From Kiritimatiellia bacterium (GTDB lineage Bacteria > Verrucomicrobiota > Kiritimatiellia > JAAZAB01), in the NCBI GenBank assembly GCA_040767085.1, contig JAXGPF010000005.1:8343-72342 (forward strand): 64,000 bases of DNA, read 5' to 3'. The translations under genes and the position numbers were made by a program. Of the stretch, positions 9,480 through 19,094 are shown in pieces. The first letter of the stretch is position 1, and each line of letters starts with the position of its first letter. The notes beneath the pieces are model-generated. The model worked only from the letters and a program-made list of their open reading frames with translations, had not been told where the DNA came from and ran no database searches.

Positions 9480-9643
9480 ACCGGAATTTACAGGGTTGTA
9501 TCTATCGCGGAATCATAAATCACACTGAAATCCTCCGTGAAATTAAAGTTTATTCTAATCACCAACAAATTTGTCGTACACCCCCCGCCGCGGCCGGAAA
9601 ACCGGCGTGACACCGCGCAACCGGCATGGTAAAATATTCCACC

Positions 9644-11254
9644 ATGAACCATTGCCTTGCCAGTGTTTACCCCGAGGCGGCCGGCGAATTGCCCCCGGCC
9701 GCCGATCCGGCGGAACTGCCCGCCTACCTGACCGACGAATCGCGCCTGGCCGGACGCGCCGAAAAGATTTTTCTGCCGCGCAGCGAAGCCGAAATCCTGG
9801 CGCTGCTGCGCCGGGAGGATGCAGCGCCCTTGACAATTTCCGGCGGCCGGACCGGCATTACCGGCGGCGCCGTGCCGCGGAACGGCTGGCTGGTCAGCCT
9901 GGAAAACCTGCGCGCCTTCGCCGGCCTGCGGCGCGACCCGGAGCAACCCGGCTGTTTCCGCCTGCGCTGTCAACCCGGCGTGACCCTGGCCGGCATCGTC
10001 GAGGCCTTGGAAACCGGTCATTTCCCGGGCGCGGAAACCTGGCTGGAATCCGACCGCCAGGCGTTGGCGGAACTCCGCCAGGGGCCGCCCTGTTTCTTCC
10101 CGCCCGATCCCACGGAACGCACCGCCAGCCTGGGCGGCATGGTTGCCTGCAACGCCTCCGGTGCGCGCACCCTGGCTTACGGCCCCACGCGGCGTTATAT
10201 CACCGGCCTGCGCCTGGCATTGCCGGGCGGCGCCTTGCTGGCCATCCGGCGCGGCGAACATTGCGCCGCGCCGGACGGCGGCTTCCAGTTGGCGGCCCCT
10301 GACGGCCAGGTCCGCCGCGGCCGCATTCCGGGATACCGTATGCCGGATGTCAAAAACGCCGCCGGGTATTACAGCGCGCCGGGGATGGACTTGATTGACT
10401 TATTCATCGGCGCCGAAGGCACGCTGGGCATTTTCACGGAAATCGAAATCCTGCTGGTTCCCGCCCCGGAAGCCCTGCTGGGCGCTGTGGCCTTCTTCAC
10501 TGACGAACAGCGCGCGGTCGGATTCGTGCAGGCTGCCCGCGCGGCCGCCTGGTCCGGCAGCCGGCTGCTGGCGCTGGAATACTTCGATGCGCGCGCCCTG
10601 GACCTGCTGCGCGAACAGAAACAACGGCAGGGCGCCGGCAGCCCCATTCCCGCGTTGCCGGGCAATGCCGCCACCGCCGTTTATATTGAAATCGCCACCG
10701 CACCCGGCGCCATGGAAGAAACGGCCGAAGCCTTGCTGGCCATGCTGGAAGCCGCTGACAGCGATCCCGACAGCGCCTGGACCGCCATGGACGACGATGA
10801 ATCCATCCGGCTGAAAAACTTCCGGCATGCGCTGCCCGAAGCCGTCAACCAACACATCGGCGAACGCGCCGCAAAATATCCCGGCCTGACGAAACTGGGC
10901 ACGGACTTCGCCGTGCCGGATGCGGCGCTGTCGGCAATCCTGCCGGTTTACCATAACGCCTTGCAGGGGGCGGGCTTCGAATACGTGATTTTCGGCCACA
11001 TCGGCAACAATCACCTGCATATCAATATTCTGCCGCGCGATCTGGAAGAGTATCGGCGGGGCAAGGAACTGTACCTGCAGCTGGCGCGCGCCGCCCTGGA
11101 CCATGGCGGCACGATTTCCGCGGAACATGGCGTCGGCAAACTTAAAACCAACCTGTTGGGGATGATGTTCGGCGCCGACGGCATTGAGGCCATGCGCGCG
11201 GTCAAACGCGTCTTCGATCCCGGCGGCCAGATCAATCCCGGTAACATGTTTTGA
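9644..11254 (+). CDS. FAD-binding oxidoreductase (FAD-linked oxidase, GlcD / D-lactate dehydrogenase family)
   Basis: ORF track trimmed to ATG 9644; FAD-binding and FAD-oxidase C-terminal region (HIGNNHLHINIL). Confidence 0.8.
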   Translation: MNHCLASVYPEAAGELPPAADPAELPAYLTDESRLAGRAEKIFLPRSEAEILALLRREDAAPLTISGGRTGITGGAVPRNGWLVSLENLRAFAGLRRDPEQPGCFRLRCQPGVTLAGIVEALETGHFPGAETWLESDRQALAELRQGPPCFFPPDPTERTASLGGMVACNASGARTLAYGPTRRYITGLRLALPGGALLAIRRGEHCAAPDGGFQLAAPDGQVRRGRIPGYRMPDVKNAAGYYSAPGMDLIDLFIGAEGTLGIFTEIEILLVPAPEALLGAVAFFTDEQRAVGFVQAARAAAWSGSRLLALEYFDARALDLLREQKQRQGAGSPIPALPGNAATAVYIEIATAPGAMEETAEALLAMLEAADSDPDSAWTAMDDDESIRLKNFRHALPEAVNQHIGERAAKYPGLTKLGTDFAVPDAALSAILPVYHNALQGAGFEYVIFGHIGNNHLHINILPRDLEEYRRGKELYLQLARAALDHGGTISAEHGVGKLKTNLLGMMFGADGIEAMRAVKRVFDPGGQINPGNMF

Positions 11255-12256
11255 CTACAAAACCATGTCCGCCGGGCGCCCGCAGCCGGCGCAAACCGCG
11301 CCCTTGAGTCCGCACCGCCGGACGCGGTACCCGCGGCGTTCGATCTGCACCAATCCGCACTGCGGGCAGCGGGTGTCCTGTCCGGCCGGCGAGGCCACAT
11401 TCCCCAGATATACATAATGCAGGGCGCGGCGGCACACCGCGGCGGCGTGTTCCAGAGTTTCCGGCGGCGTGGGGGGCAGGTCCACCCGGTAAGCGGGATG
11501 GTATGCGCTTAAATGCAAAGGCGTGGCCGCGCCAAGGTTATCCCGGATCCACCCGGCCATCTCCTGGAACAACGTCTCGGCGTCATTCAACCCGGGGATG
11601 ACCAGGTTGGTGATTTCCAGGTGGCAGCCGGCGGCGCGGGCCTGCCGGGCGAAAGCCAGCACCGGCGCCAGCGGGCCGCCGCAATATTCGCGGTAAAACC
11701 GCGGGTCCATGCTCTTGATGTCAATATTCAAGGCATTTATCATTGGCAGTAGGTCCGCGGCCGGGGCGGGATTGATCAGCCCGTTAGTCACCAGGATGTT
11801 TTGTACGCCGGCAGCGCGCGCCGCGCGGGCGCAATCATGCACGAATTCAAAATTGATCAGCGGCTCATTGTAAGTGTAAGCGATGGCCGGCGCCGGATCC
11901 ACCCGCCCCCGCAGCGCGGAGGCGACCACATCCGCCGGCATGACGATACGATTTGAGCGGCCGATTTGCTGGGAGATGCCCCAATTCTGGCAGAACAGGC
12001 AGCTTAAATTGCAGCCCCAGCCCCCGATGCTGAAGACTTCCGCGCCGGGATAAAAATGGTAGAGCGGCTTTTTCTCCACCGGATCGGCTTGCGCGCCGGA
12101 AAGCATGCCGTAGCCGCTGGCCAGCAGAATCCCGCCGCGCAGCACCCGCACACCGCACCGGCCGGCATGGCCTTCGGTAATGAGACACGCATGCGGACAC
12201 AATCGGCATTGCGCCCGGCCGTCCGGCGCGCTTTCCCAGTATTTTGCGGGATGCAT
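11255..12256 (-). CDS. AmmeMemoRadiSam system radical SAM enzyme
   Basis: ORF track; N-terminal C..LCPH.C motif, DPVEKKPLYHF, radical SAM CNLSCLFCQN; stop abuts convergent FAD oxidase stop. Confidence 0.8.
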   Translation of the reverse strand: MHPAKYWESAPDGRAQCRLCPHACLITEGHAGRCGVRVLRGGILLASGYGMLSGAQADPVEKKPLYHFYPGAEVFSIGGWGCNLSCLFCQNWGISQQIGRSNRIVMPADVVASALRGRVDPAPAIAYTYNEPLINFEFVHDCARAARAAGVQNILVTNGLINPAPAADLLPMINALNIDIKSMDPRFYREYCGGPLAPVLAFARQARAAGCHLEITNLVIPGLNDAETLFQEMAGWIRDNLGAATPLHLSAYHPAYRVDLPPTPPETLEHAAAVCRRALHYVYLGNVASPAGQDTRCPQCGLVQIERRGYRVRRCGLKGAVCAGCGRPADMVL

Positions 12257-12334
12257 TGTCGGCGCTCCCTTGCGATGACTTTGGCGATCATTCTTGCTTG
12301 TGCCGCTTAATCCAGTATATTAACATGTCAATTA

Positions 12335-13513
12335 ATGAAAGTCATCCTGATTGTTCTGGATTCCGCGGGGATTGGCGCCGCACCGGATGCCGCCGACTAC
12401 GGCGATGCCGGGGCCAACACCCTGGGCCATATCGCCCGGGCCGCCGGCAGCGGACTGCGCCTGCCGAACCTGCAGCGGATGGGACTGGGCAACATTCCGG
12501 CGTTGCTGCCGGACGGCCTGTCCCTGGCAGGCGTGCCCCCGTCCGGCGCGCCTTCGGCCGATTACGGCGCCATGCGCGAAATATCCGCCGGCAAGGACAC
12601 CACCACCGGCCACTGGGAAATCGCCGGCTTGCTGCTGGCAGAAGGATTCGCGCTGTTGCCGTCCGGGCCGCCCTCTTTCCCGGAAACGTTGATAGCGGAA
12701 TTTGCCCGGCGCACCGGACGCAGCATCCTGGGCAACAAGGCTGCCAGCGGCACGGCTATCATCGAGGAACTGGGCGCGCGCCAGATGCAGACGGGCGCCT
12801 GGATTGTTTACACCAGCGCCGACTCCGTCATGCAGATCGCCGCGCACGAGGAAATCATTCCATTGGCGGAACTTTACAGCGCCTGCGCCATTGCCCGGGA
12901 ATTGTGCAACCCGCTGCGCATCGGGCGGGTCATCGCCCGCCCGTACACCGGCCGGCCCGGTCAATTCCAGCGCACCATCCGCCGGCGCGACTATTCCTTC
13001 CCGCCGCCCGAACCATTCGTCATGGAACGGCTGGTCCAGGCCGGCCGGCCGGTCGTCATGATCGGCAAGCTGGAAGATATTTACGCCGGTCGCGGCTTTA
13101 CGCAGGCATTCCACACCGGCAACAACCGGGATTCCCAGCAAAAGACCCTGGAACTGGCCGCAACGCAATCCGACGGCCTGATCATGGCCAATTTCATCGA
13201 TTTTGACATGCTGTACGGACACCGGCGCGATGCCGGCGGTTATGCCCGCGCGCTGGAACAAACCGACGCTTTCCTCGGAGAACTGCTGCCGCGGCTGGGC
13301 GCAGATGACCGGCTGATCATCACGGCCGACCATGGCAACGACCCAACCTTTGCCGGCACGGACCATACCCGCGAATACGCGCCGCTGCTGGTTTACCAGC
13401 GCCGCCGGCCGGGACGGGCCCTGGGCATCCGCCAGGGCTTCTTCGATATCGCACGGACCCTGACCGATTGGTTCAACCTGCCGCCTTGGCCGCGCGGCAA
13501 ATCCTTCGCCTGA
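12335..13513 (+). CDS. deoB: phosphopentomutase
   Basis: ORF track; MKVILIVLDSAGIGAAPDAADYGDAGANTLGHIA N-terminus typical of DeoB. Confidence 0.9.
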   Translation: MKVILIVLDSAGIGAAPDAADYGDAGANTLGHIARAAGSGLRLPNLQRMGLGNIPALLPDGLSLAGVPPSGAPSADYGAMREISAGKDTTTGHWEIAGLLLAEGFALLPSGPPSFPETLIAEFARRTGRSILGNKAASGTAIIEELGARQMQTGAWIVYTSADSVMQIAAHEEIIPLAELYSACAIARELCNPLRIGRVIARPYTGRPGQFQRTIRRRDYSFPPPEPFVMERLVQAGRPVVMIGKLEDIYAGRGFTQAFHTGNNRDSQQKTLELAATQSDGLIMANFIDFDMLYGHRRDAGGYARALEQTDAFLGELLPRLGADDRLIITADHGNDPTFAGTDHTREYAPLLVYQRRRPGRALGIRQGFFDIARTLTDWFNLPPWPRGKSFA

Positions 13514-15304
13514 TCATGGTGCGCGCGCCGCGCGCTGCAATAAATGGCGGGCGCGTTCTTCCGGGAAGAACCGCAGCCGGAATTCCGGCGTCATCACGTT
13601 GTAGGGGACAGTCAATTGGCCGGATTCGATTTGCAGCACCAGGCCTTCCCGGCCGATTTCCTGTAAAGTTCCCTCCCGCTTGGCCGCCTGGTGCTGCAAG
13701 TCAATCACGACCTTTTCGCCCACCCGCGGCATACTGCTCCGGCATAAATCCAGCAGCCGCGCATATTCCTGCGCCTGCTCCGGCTCCGGGGCGGCAGCGG
13801 GCGGGGCGGCGGACACCGGGCGCCAGCCGGAATAGGAAGATTCCTGCTCCGGAAGCGATTTTTCCGGCAATGCGGGTTCCGGCCTGGCTGGCGTTGTCGG
13901 CGGCGGAAGGAGAATTCCCGCCTCTTCACCGGCCGGCTCCACCGGCGCCGGCCGGCGCTCGAAAAATTCCGCCATGCCCAGCCGCGCTTTGCGCCAAGCC
14001 TCCCCCCAAGCGCGCTGAATCTTGACGCGCAGCGGCCAGATCACATCCCGGTCTTTAACGATCCGCTGATAACCGCAATACGCCAGGAACACCAGCAAGA
14101 CGATGGAAAGCACCATCCGCAAGTTTTCCATCATGCCGGAAATCCAGGCGCGGCTGATCCGGCGGGAAGGCCATCTGCTGGCTCGCGCCGGGTTCAATGA
14201 CGCCGACGCCGTCACCCCGGGCTTGGGTTTCGGGGCGACCATCCGCAGACGCAGTCCCGGTTTGTCCGTCGCGCCCGGGTTGCCCGGCAATTGCTTGCCG
14301 CAGTGGCGGCAGAAAGCGGCGTTGGCGCGGATGGAATATCCGCAATGCGGGCAGACGGTGGGGGTATGCAACGCCGGCGACTGTACGGCGGCCGGCACGG
14401 GCGCAGGCACGGGGGCGGGCGCAGGGGCAGCGACCGGTTTTTCAAGCGCGGCCACAGCCTCCAGCACCGCGTCCCATGTCTGGACGCGGTCATCCGGCAG
14501 CTTGGCCGTCATGCGCGCCACCAGTTGCGCGACGCCGGAAGACACAGCCGGATTAACCTCCTGGAGGGGCGGCAGCGGCTCGGACAACTGCTTTTCCATT
14601 ACATCCGCCGGCGCAGCCCCGGCAAACGGCAGTTGCCCGGTCAGCATGTGAAAGGAAGTCATGCCCAGGGCGTAAATATCGCTGCGGCAATCCAGCTTGA
14701 CATTCCCGCGCACCTGCTCGGGCGACATGTAGTTGGGGGTTCCCGTAACAAACTCATCCGGGCGTCCGGCGGCCAGACCGATATTGCTGACTACCTGCGC
14801 CAGCCCCAGGTCGGTGAGCTTGATCGTGCCGTCGCCATCCACCATGATGTTATCGGGCTTGAGATCGCAATGCACAATGCGCGCCGAGTCCCAGGCATAG
14901 CGCAGCACGGCCGCCACGCTGTGGACCACCACCAGGGCGTCGGGCTCCGGCAGGATTTGCTTGCGCCGCATCCATTCTCCCACGGAATAACCGGATATGT
15001 ATTCCATCACGAAGAAATAGCGCCGGTCTTCACGGGACTGGCCGAAATCGTATACCTGGACGATGCCCGAATGTTTCAGGTTGGCGGCCAAGCGGGCTTC
15101 AAGCCGGAACTGCTTGATGTCCGCCACGTCCCGGCCAAATTGCTCGCTCAGGACCTTGATCACCACCAAACGCTGGAGGGAAACCTGCCGGGCTTTCCAG
15201 ACGCTGGCGGTCCCGCCCTGCCCCAAACGTTCGATGATCTCGTAACCGTCAATGCGCGGTTCGGCTTCCGCAGTGTCAGTTTGCCAGGGTTTTTGTGATT
15301 CCAT
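13514..15304 (-). CDS. Hanks-type Ser/Thr protein kinase with zinc ribbon, TM helix and C-terminal domain
   Basis: ORF track; GxGxxG-like LGQGGTASV, VIK, HCDLKPDN, DLG, SPE; CPHCG...CRHCG zinc ribbon; hydrophobic segment VLSIVLLVFLAY. Confidence 0.85.
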   Translation of the reverse strand: MESQKPWQTDTAEAEPRIDGYEIIERLGQGGTASVWKARQVSLQRLVVIKVLSEQFGRDVADIKQFRLEARLAANLKHSGIVQVYDFGQSREDRRYFFVMEYISGYSVGEWMRRKQILPEPDALVVVHSVAAVLRYAWDSARIVHCDLKPDNIMVDGDGTIKLTDLGLAQVVSNIGLAAGRPDEFVTGTPNYMSPEQVRGNVKLDCRSDIYALGMTSFHMLTGQLPFAGAAPADVMEKQLSEPLPPLQEVNPAVSSGVAQLVARMTAKLPDDRVQTWDAVLEAVAALEKPVAAPAPAPVPAPVPAAVQSPALHTPTVCPHCGYSIRANAAFCRHCGKQLPGNPGATDKPGLRLRMVAPKPKPGVTASASLNPARASRWPSRRISRAWISGMMENLRMVLSIVLLVFLAYCGYQRIVKDRDVIWPLRVKIQRAWGEAWRKARLGMAEFFERRPAPVEPAGEEAGILLPPPTTPARPEPALPEKSLPEQESSYSGWRPVSAAPPAAAPEPEQAQEYARLLDLCRSSMPRVGEKVVIDLQHQAAKREGTLQEIGREGLVLQIESGQLTVPYNVMTPEFRLRFFPEERARHLLQRAARAP

Positions 15305-15416
15305 CCCAAGATTCCTTTTCCCCGCATCCCCTCGTGGAAAGAAACAACCCTTGAGGTTTCTATACTATCGCCGCCGTTAAAGCAAGCCAATCCCTCAAAA
15401 GCCAATCCGGCGCCGA

Positions 15417-16523
15417 TCAAGCCAGCAGCGGCGCCAGGTGTGCGCGCAATTCGGCCGCCAGATCGCGCCGGCGGTACTCCGCCACCCGCGCCTGCTGCCG
15501 GCGGATCACCGACCCGCGCAATGCCTGATCGCGCGCCAGCAGCCCGATAACTTCCGCCACGTACTCCCAGCGTTTCTGGTGAAACAAGATTCCGGCGCCG
15601 GCCATGGTTTCCGGCACTGCGCCCGCGGCATATGCCAGCGTGGGCACGCCGTGCGCCATGCTTTCCAGGAGCGGGATGCAAAAACCTTCGTGCTCGCTGA
15701 CGCACAGAAAAACATCCGCCGCAGCGTACACGGCGCTGATTTCCCGCTGGGGGACGGCGCCGAGAAACAGCGCCTCCCGCAGGCGCCAGGCCTTGACCTG
15801 CGCCGTCAGCAAGGCCTGGTAACGGGGCAGCCCCGCAAACGAGCCCGCATGCACCAGGCGCGAGGACGGCGCGACGGCTTGCTGCAAAACGTAAAAAGCC
15901 GCCAGCAAGTCCTCCAGTTTCTTGTTCGGCACGGCCCGCCCGACGAACACCACGTTCAACCGGCCGTCCCGCAGGCGCCGGAGCAGGCCGCGGTCCGGGG
16001 GAGTCATGATGCGGTCGAAATCCAGCAGCAGCGGCAATAATCCCACCCGGGCATAGCCCTGGCGCTCCAGTTCCGCGGCGTTAAACCGGCTGACGGCCAG
16101 CGCCACTTCCGTCTGGCCGGCCAGCGCCGCCGTCTGCTGGCGGCCCCAATCCAGGTCGCGCGCCAACTGTTCATGGAAACCGCGAAAATATTCCGGCGGG
16201 GTCATGTTATGATAGATCAACGCCTTGCGGCAGCGCAATTGTCCGAAAATGTCGTTCACGGCCGAGCCGATCGAAAGGTGCAGGATGGCCACGTCGTCCG
16301 GGCGCAGGATTTTGTCCGCCTGGCGCGCGTCGGGCGTCGCGCGCCGCCAGGCGGGCATGGTGCGTGCCGGCTCGCTGAAAATCTCGCTGGCATGGCCCCA
16401 CCGGCGCAAAACCGCGCGCATGGTCAACGCCGTGTTGCTGATGGCGTCGCCGGCGGTGAATCCGGCCACAAACTGGTGGATGGCCGGGCAATGTTGCGGA
16501 TTGGGCGAAACCATGGCAGTCAC
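15417..16523 (-). CDS. glycosyltransferase family 4
   Basis: ORF track; EGFCIPLLESMAHGVP motif. Confidence 0.8.
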   Translation of the reverse strand: MTAMVSPNPQHCPAIHQFVAGFTAGDAISNTALTMRAVLRRWGHASEIFSEPARTMPAWRRATPDARQADKILRPDDVAILHLSIGSAVNDIFGQLRCRKALIYHNMTPPEYFRGFHEQLARDLDWGRQQTAALAGQTEVALAVSRFNAAELERQGYARVGLLPLLLDFDRIMTPPDRGLLRRLRDGRLNVVFVGRAVPNKKLEDLLAAFYVLQQAVAPSSRLVHAGSFAGLPRYQALLTAQVKAWRLREALFLGAVPQREISAVYAAADVFLCVSEHEGFCIPLLESMAHGVPTLAYAAGAVPETMAGAGILFHQKRWEYVAEVIGLLARDQALRGSVIRRQQARVAEYRRRDLAAELRAHLAPLLA

Positions 16524-17707
16524 TCCTGGTCCAGCGCCGCAAGGAACCTGTTCAGGATGCGCGGCCAGGCATACTCGCGCGCGACATACGCGCGGCCCGC
16601 CTCGCCCATCCGCCGCCGGAGGTCCGGCCGGCGCAGCAGCAGCAGCAGTTCCGTTTCAAATTCGGCATAGGTCATGAACCAGAGTCCGCCGCCGCTGCTC
16701 CGGCAATGATCGCTGGTGACGTCGCACCGGGCATGCACCAGCGCCGGCGCGCCCGCCAGCCAGGCTTCCAGCAGGACGATGCTGAAGCTTTCATTGGTGG
16801 ACGGCTGGCAAAACACCGCCGCACCCGCCATGGCTTCGCGCTTTTCCGATTCGCTGACAAAGCCCACATCCAACACATGCCGCGCCAATGCGGCGGGCGG
16901 GTGTACCGGGCCCGAACCGGTTAAAACCAGCTTGACATCCATGCCCGTGCGCTGCCGGAAAAGGTTTAAATAATCCAGCAGCAGCGGCACCCCTTTGCCG
17001 GCTTCCCGCCGGCCGGAATAAATGACATACGGCGCCGTCAGGCCATGCCGCCGGACAAATGCCGCCGGATCGGCGGTGAAATTGTCCAATCCCATGCCGA
17101 CCACCCACGCGCGCTCCAGCGGCAGGTCATACAGCCGGCGCGCCAGCGCGCGCTCGGGCGCGGAATTAAAAAGCAGGCCATTGACCGCGCGGAACATTCC
17201 GCGGAAGGCCCGGACACGGGCGAAAGGCTCATCGTGCAGGCAGGGGACGAGATATGTCCGGCGCGGGTGCACCCGGCTGGCGAAATAACTCAGCCCGAAC
17301 AGATACGGCCCGACCACGATCCGGTCGTATGCGGCGCCCTCCGCCGCCAGATGCGCGCATAATTCCGGGCTGTTGACGCTGTTGGCCAGCCAGGCCTGCT
17401 CATCCGCCGGCGTATAATCCGCGCCGCGGCAGATTAAATCCTGCGCCCGCAGGAAGGCCGCCAGGTCGCGGTTTTCGGCGACGGGGAAAAAGCGCACGGT
17501 CATGTTGGGCGCGTGCTGGCGGGCGCCCGGCGGCAAGGCATTGGCCCAGGAGAAATGATCGGCGGCGCAGGTAGTGAGAAAATCCACCTGGCGTCCGGCG
17601 GCGGCGGCGCGTTCCGCCAGGTTTTTCAGCAAGGTCTCAGCGCCGCCCACCGTGCCGCCGGCCGCGAAGCGCGGGCACACGAAAGCTATGCGCCGGGCGG
17701 TGGACAT
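16520..17707 (-). CDS. glycosyltransferase family 4
   Basis: ORF track; ESFSIVLLEAWLAGAP motif; 4-bp overlap with downstream GT4. Confidence 0.8.
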   Translation of the reverse strand: MSTARRIAFVCPRFAAGGTVGGAETLLKNLAERAAAAGRQVDFLTTCAADHFSWANALPPGARQHAPNMTVRFFPVAENRDLAAFLRAQDLICRGADYTPADEQAWLANSVNSPELCAHLAAEGAAYDRIVVGPYLFGLSYFASRVHPRRTYLVPCLHDEPFARVRAFRGMFRAVNGLLFNSAPERALARRLYDLPLERAWVVGMGLDNFTADPAAFVRRHGLTAPYVIYSGRREAGKGVPLLLDYLNLFRQRTGMDVKLVLTGSGPVHPPAALARHVLDVGFVSESEKREAMAGAAVFCQPSTNESFSIVLLEAWLAGAPALVHARCDVTSDHCRSSGGGLWFMTYAEFETELLLLLRRPDLRRRMGEAGRAYVAREYAWPRILNRFLAALDQE

Positions 17708-18216
17708 ACCTGCTTCCCTTCTTTCGGCGCTGGCTGCAGCACGGCCAATTGCCGCTCCAAGGCCGCCAGGCGCGCCCGGTATTTTTCATCCAGGCTTTCC
17801 AGCGCCGTCACCAGCAGGCCGTTCACCTGGTTCTGCTGCGACCAGAGCCGGTAAGTGTAAAATTTCAACAACTGCCAGATCGCCTTCTTGAATGCCACCA
17901 GCAGGCCGGCGCCGCAACGGCGCCGCTCGCGGATGTCGAAATCGTTAATATCCACGCAGGCGGCCTCGTGCAGGCATTCCAGGTAAAAACGCAGGAATTT
18001 TTCGTCATCCCGCAGGTTCTGCAGATTATGGCGTTCCGCCTGGGCGATGCGCAAGTCGCGGTAAACGCCCGCTTCCGTCTTGCGGGCCACCGCCGCGCGC
18101 ACTTCCTCGACAATCCGCGCCGCATCCACGCCATCCGCCCCGATCTCCAGGTCAAACTCGATCCCGTCCGCGGCCGCGGGCGCGGCGGCAGCTTCAGATT
18201 TTGCGGCGTTAGTCAT
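17686..18216 (-). CDS. hypothetical protein co-transcribed with GT4 genes
   Basis: ORF track; ATG at 18216; overlaps GT4 start by 22 bp; no recognised domain. Confidence 0.4.
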   Translation of the reverse strand: MTNAAKSEAAAAPAAADGIEFDLEIGADGVDAARIVEEVRAAVARKTEAGVYRDLRIAQAERHNLQNLRDDEKFLRFYLECLHEAACVDINDFDIRERRRCGAGLLVAFKKAIWQLLKFYTYRLWSQQNQVNGLLVTALESLDEKYRARLAALERQLAVLQPAPKEGKQVCPPPGA

Positions 18217-18272
18217 GGCAAGTCCAGCCGGCGGCAGCGCGTGTTCAATCCCGGCTGCGCCTCCCGCTGAAT

Positions 18273-18845
18273 TCAGAAGCGCGCATTCAAAGACAGTTGA
18301 TATTCCAAATCCCGGAAATCAAAACCATCGAGGTACTCCCAGCGTTGAAAAACGTAATTCACGGAGGCGTCCAGCGCAAAACGTCCCGCCAGGGGCAGAT
18401 TCAAGCCCAGCAGGAACTGCCAGTAGGGATCAATCCATTCGCTGCCGTCGCCGGTTTCCACGTATGTGGCGCGCACGCCCATGCCGCCGCGGAAATAGTT
18501 GTCCTTGACGATTAAATTCAAAAGCGGCGTCACGGCATAATCCAGGTCTTCCACCACCCGGCCGCCGGCGCATACCATTTTCCCCGACAAATCCGGCGCC
18601 AAATCCACGCCCAGTTGCCAAAGCGCCCTCGATTCGGCATAGGAATACGCCAGCATGTATGAAATGTCGGCGTTGCCGAACGGCAACTTGTCGAACCGGT
18701 GATGCTCCGCATGATAGCGCGCGCCTAAATCAAGCAAATGCGCGGCCGGAACACAGGGCGCACCGCAGGCCCAGGCTGCCGCCAAAGCCAGCGGCAGGCG
18801 GCGCCGGATCAACCAGCGCCATGGGGTCAGGATTAACTTTTTCAT
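18273..18845 (-). CDS. putative outer-membrane beta-barrel protein
   Basis: ORF track 18273..18884 (TTG start) trimmed to ATG 18845 (MKKLILTPW...); signal peptide; C-terminal ...NARF. Confidence 0.5.
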   Translation of the reverse strand: MKKLILTPWRWLIRRRLPLALAAAWACGAPCVPAAHLLDLGARYHAEHHRFDKLPFGNADISYMLAYSYAESRALWQLGVDLAPDLSGKMVCAGGRVVEDLDYAVTPLLNLIVKDNYFRGGMGVRATYVETGDGSEWIDPYWQFLLGLNLPLAGRFALDASVNYVFQRWEYLDGFDFRDLEYQLSLNARF

Positions 18846-18885
18846 AATGCCGGACATGTTATCAACCGGGGCCGCATAATGCAAT

Positions 18886-18910
18886 CAGGTATTTTTTCAG
18901 GTATTTTTTT
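18886..18910. repeat. tandem direct repeat CAGGTATTTTTT x2 in divergent promoter region
   Basis: Read directly at 18886..18897 and 18898..18910. Confidence 0.4.
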
Positions 18911-18979
18911 CGGGATTAACAGCGGTTTTACAGGCAAAAAAACCCATGCGAATTTTTTATAAAATTTTTTGCTTGGCAT

Positions 18980-19036
18980 CCACTACAGGTAGTGTTAAAA
19001 GGGGATTGTTTTCGAAAAATGTAGCAAATATTGTGG
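18980..19036 (+). promoter_or_regulatory. two candidate NrdR-box-like palindromes upstream of nrdJ
   Basis: CCACTACAGGTAGTGT (18980..18995) and GTAGCAAATATTGTGG (19021..19036), centres about 41 bp apart, 60-115 bp upstream of nrdJ ATG; by-eye 11-12 of 16 match to NrdR consensus. Confidence 0.3.
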
Positions 19037-19094
19037 CAAGCACTTACCCCTTTTTGACGTAATTTGCTTACTGAATTGTAGTTAGGAGACCCCC

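Noticed and set aside
18885-19094. Cobalamin riboswitch upstream of nrdJ
   Set aside because: Region is too short and AT-rich, with no B12-box-like sequence.
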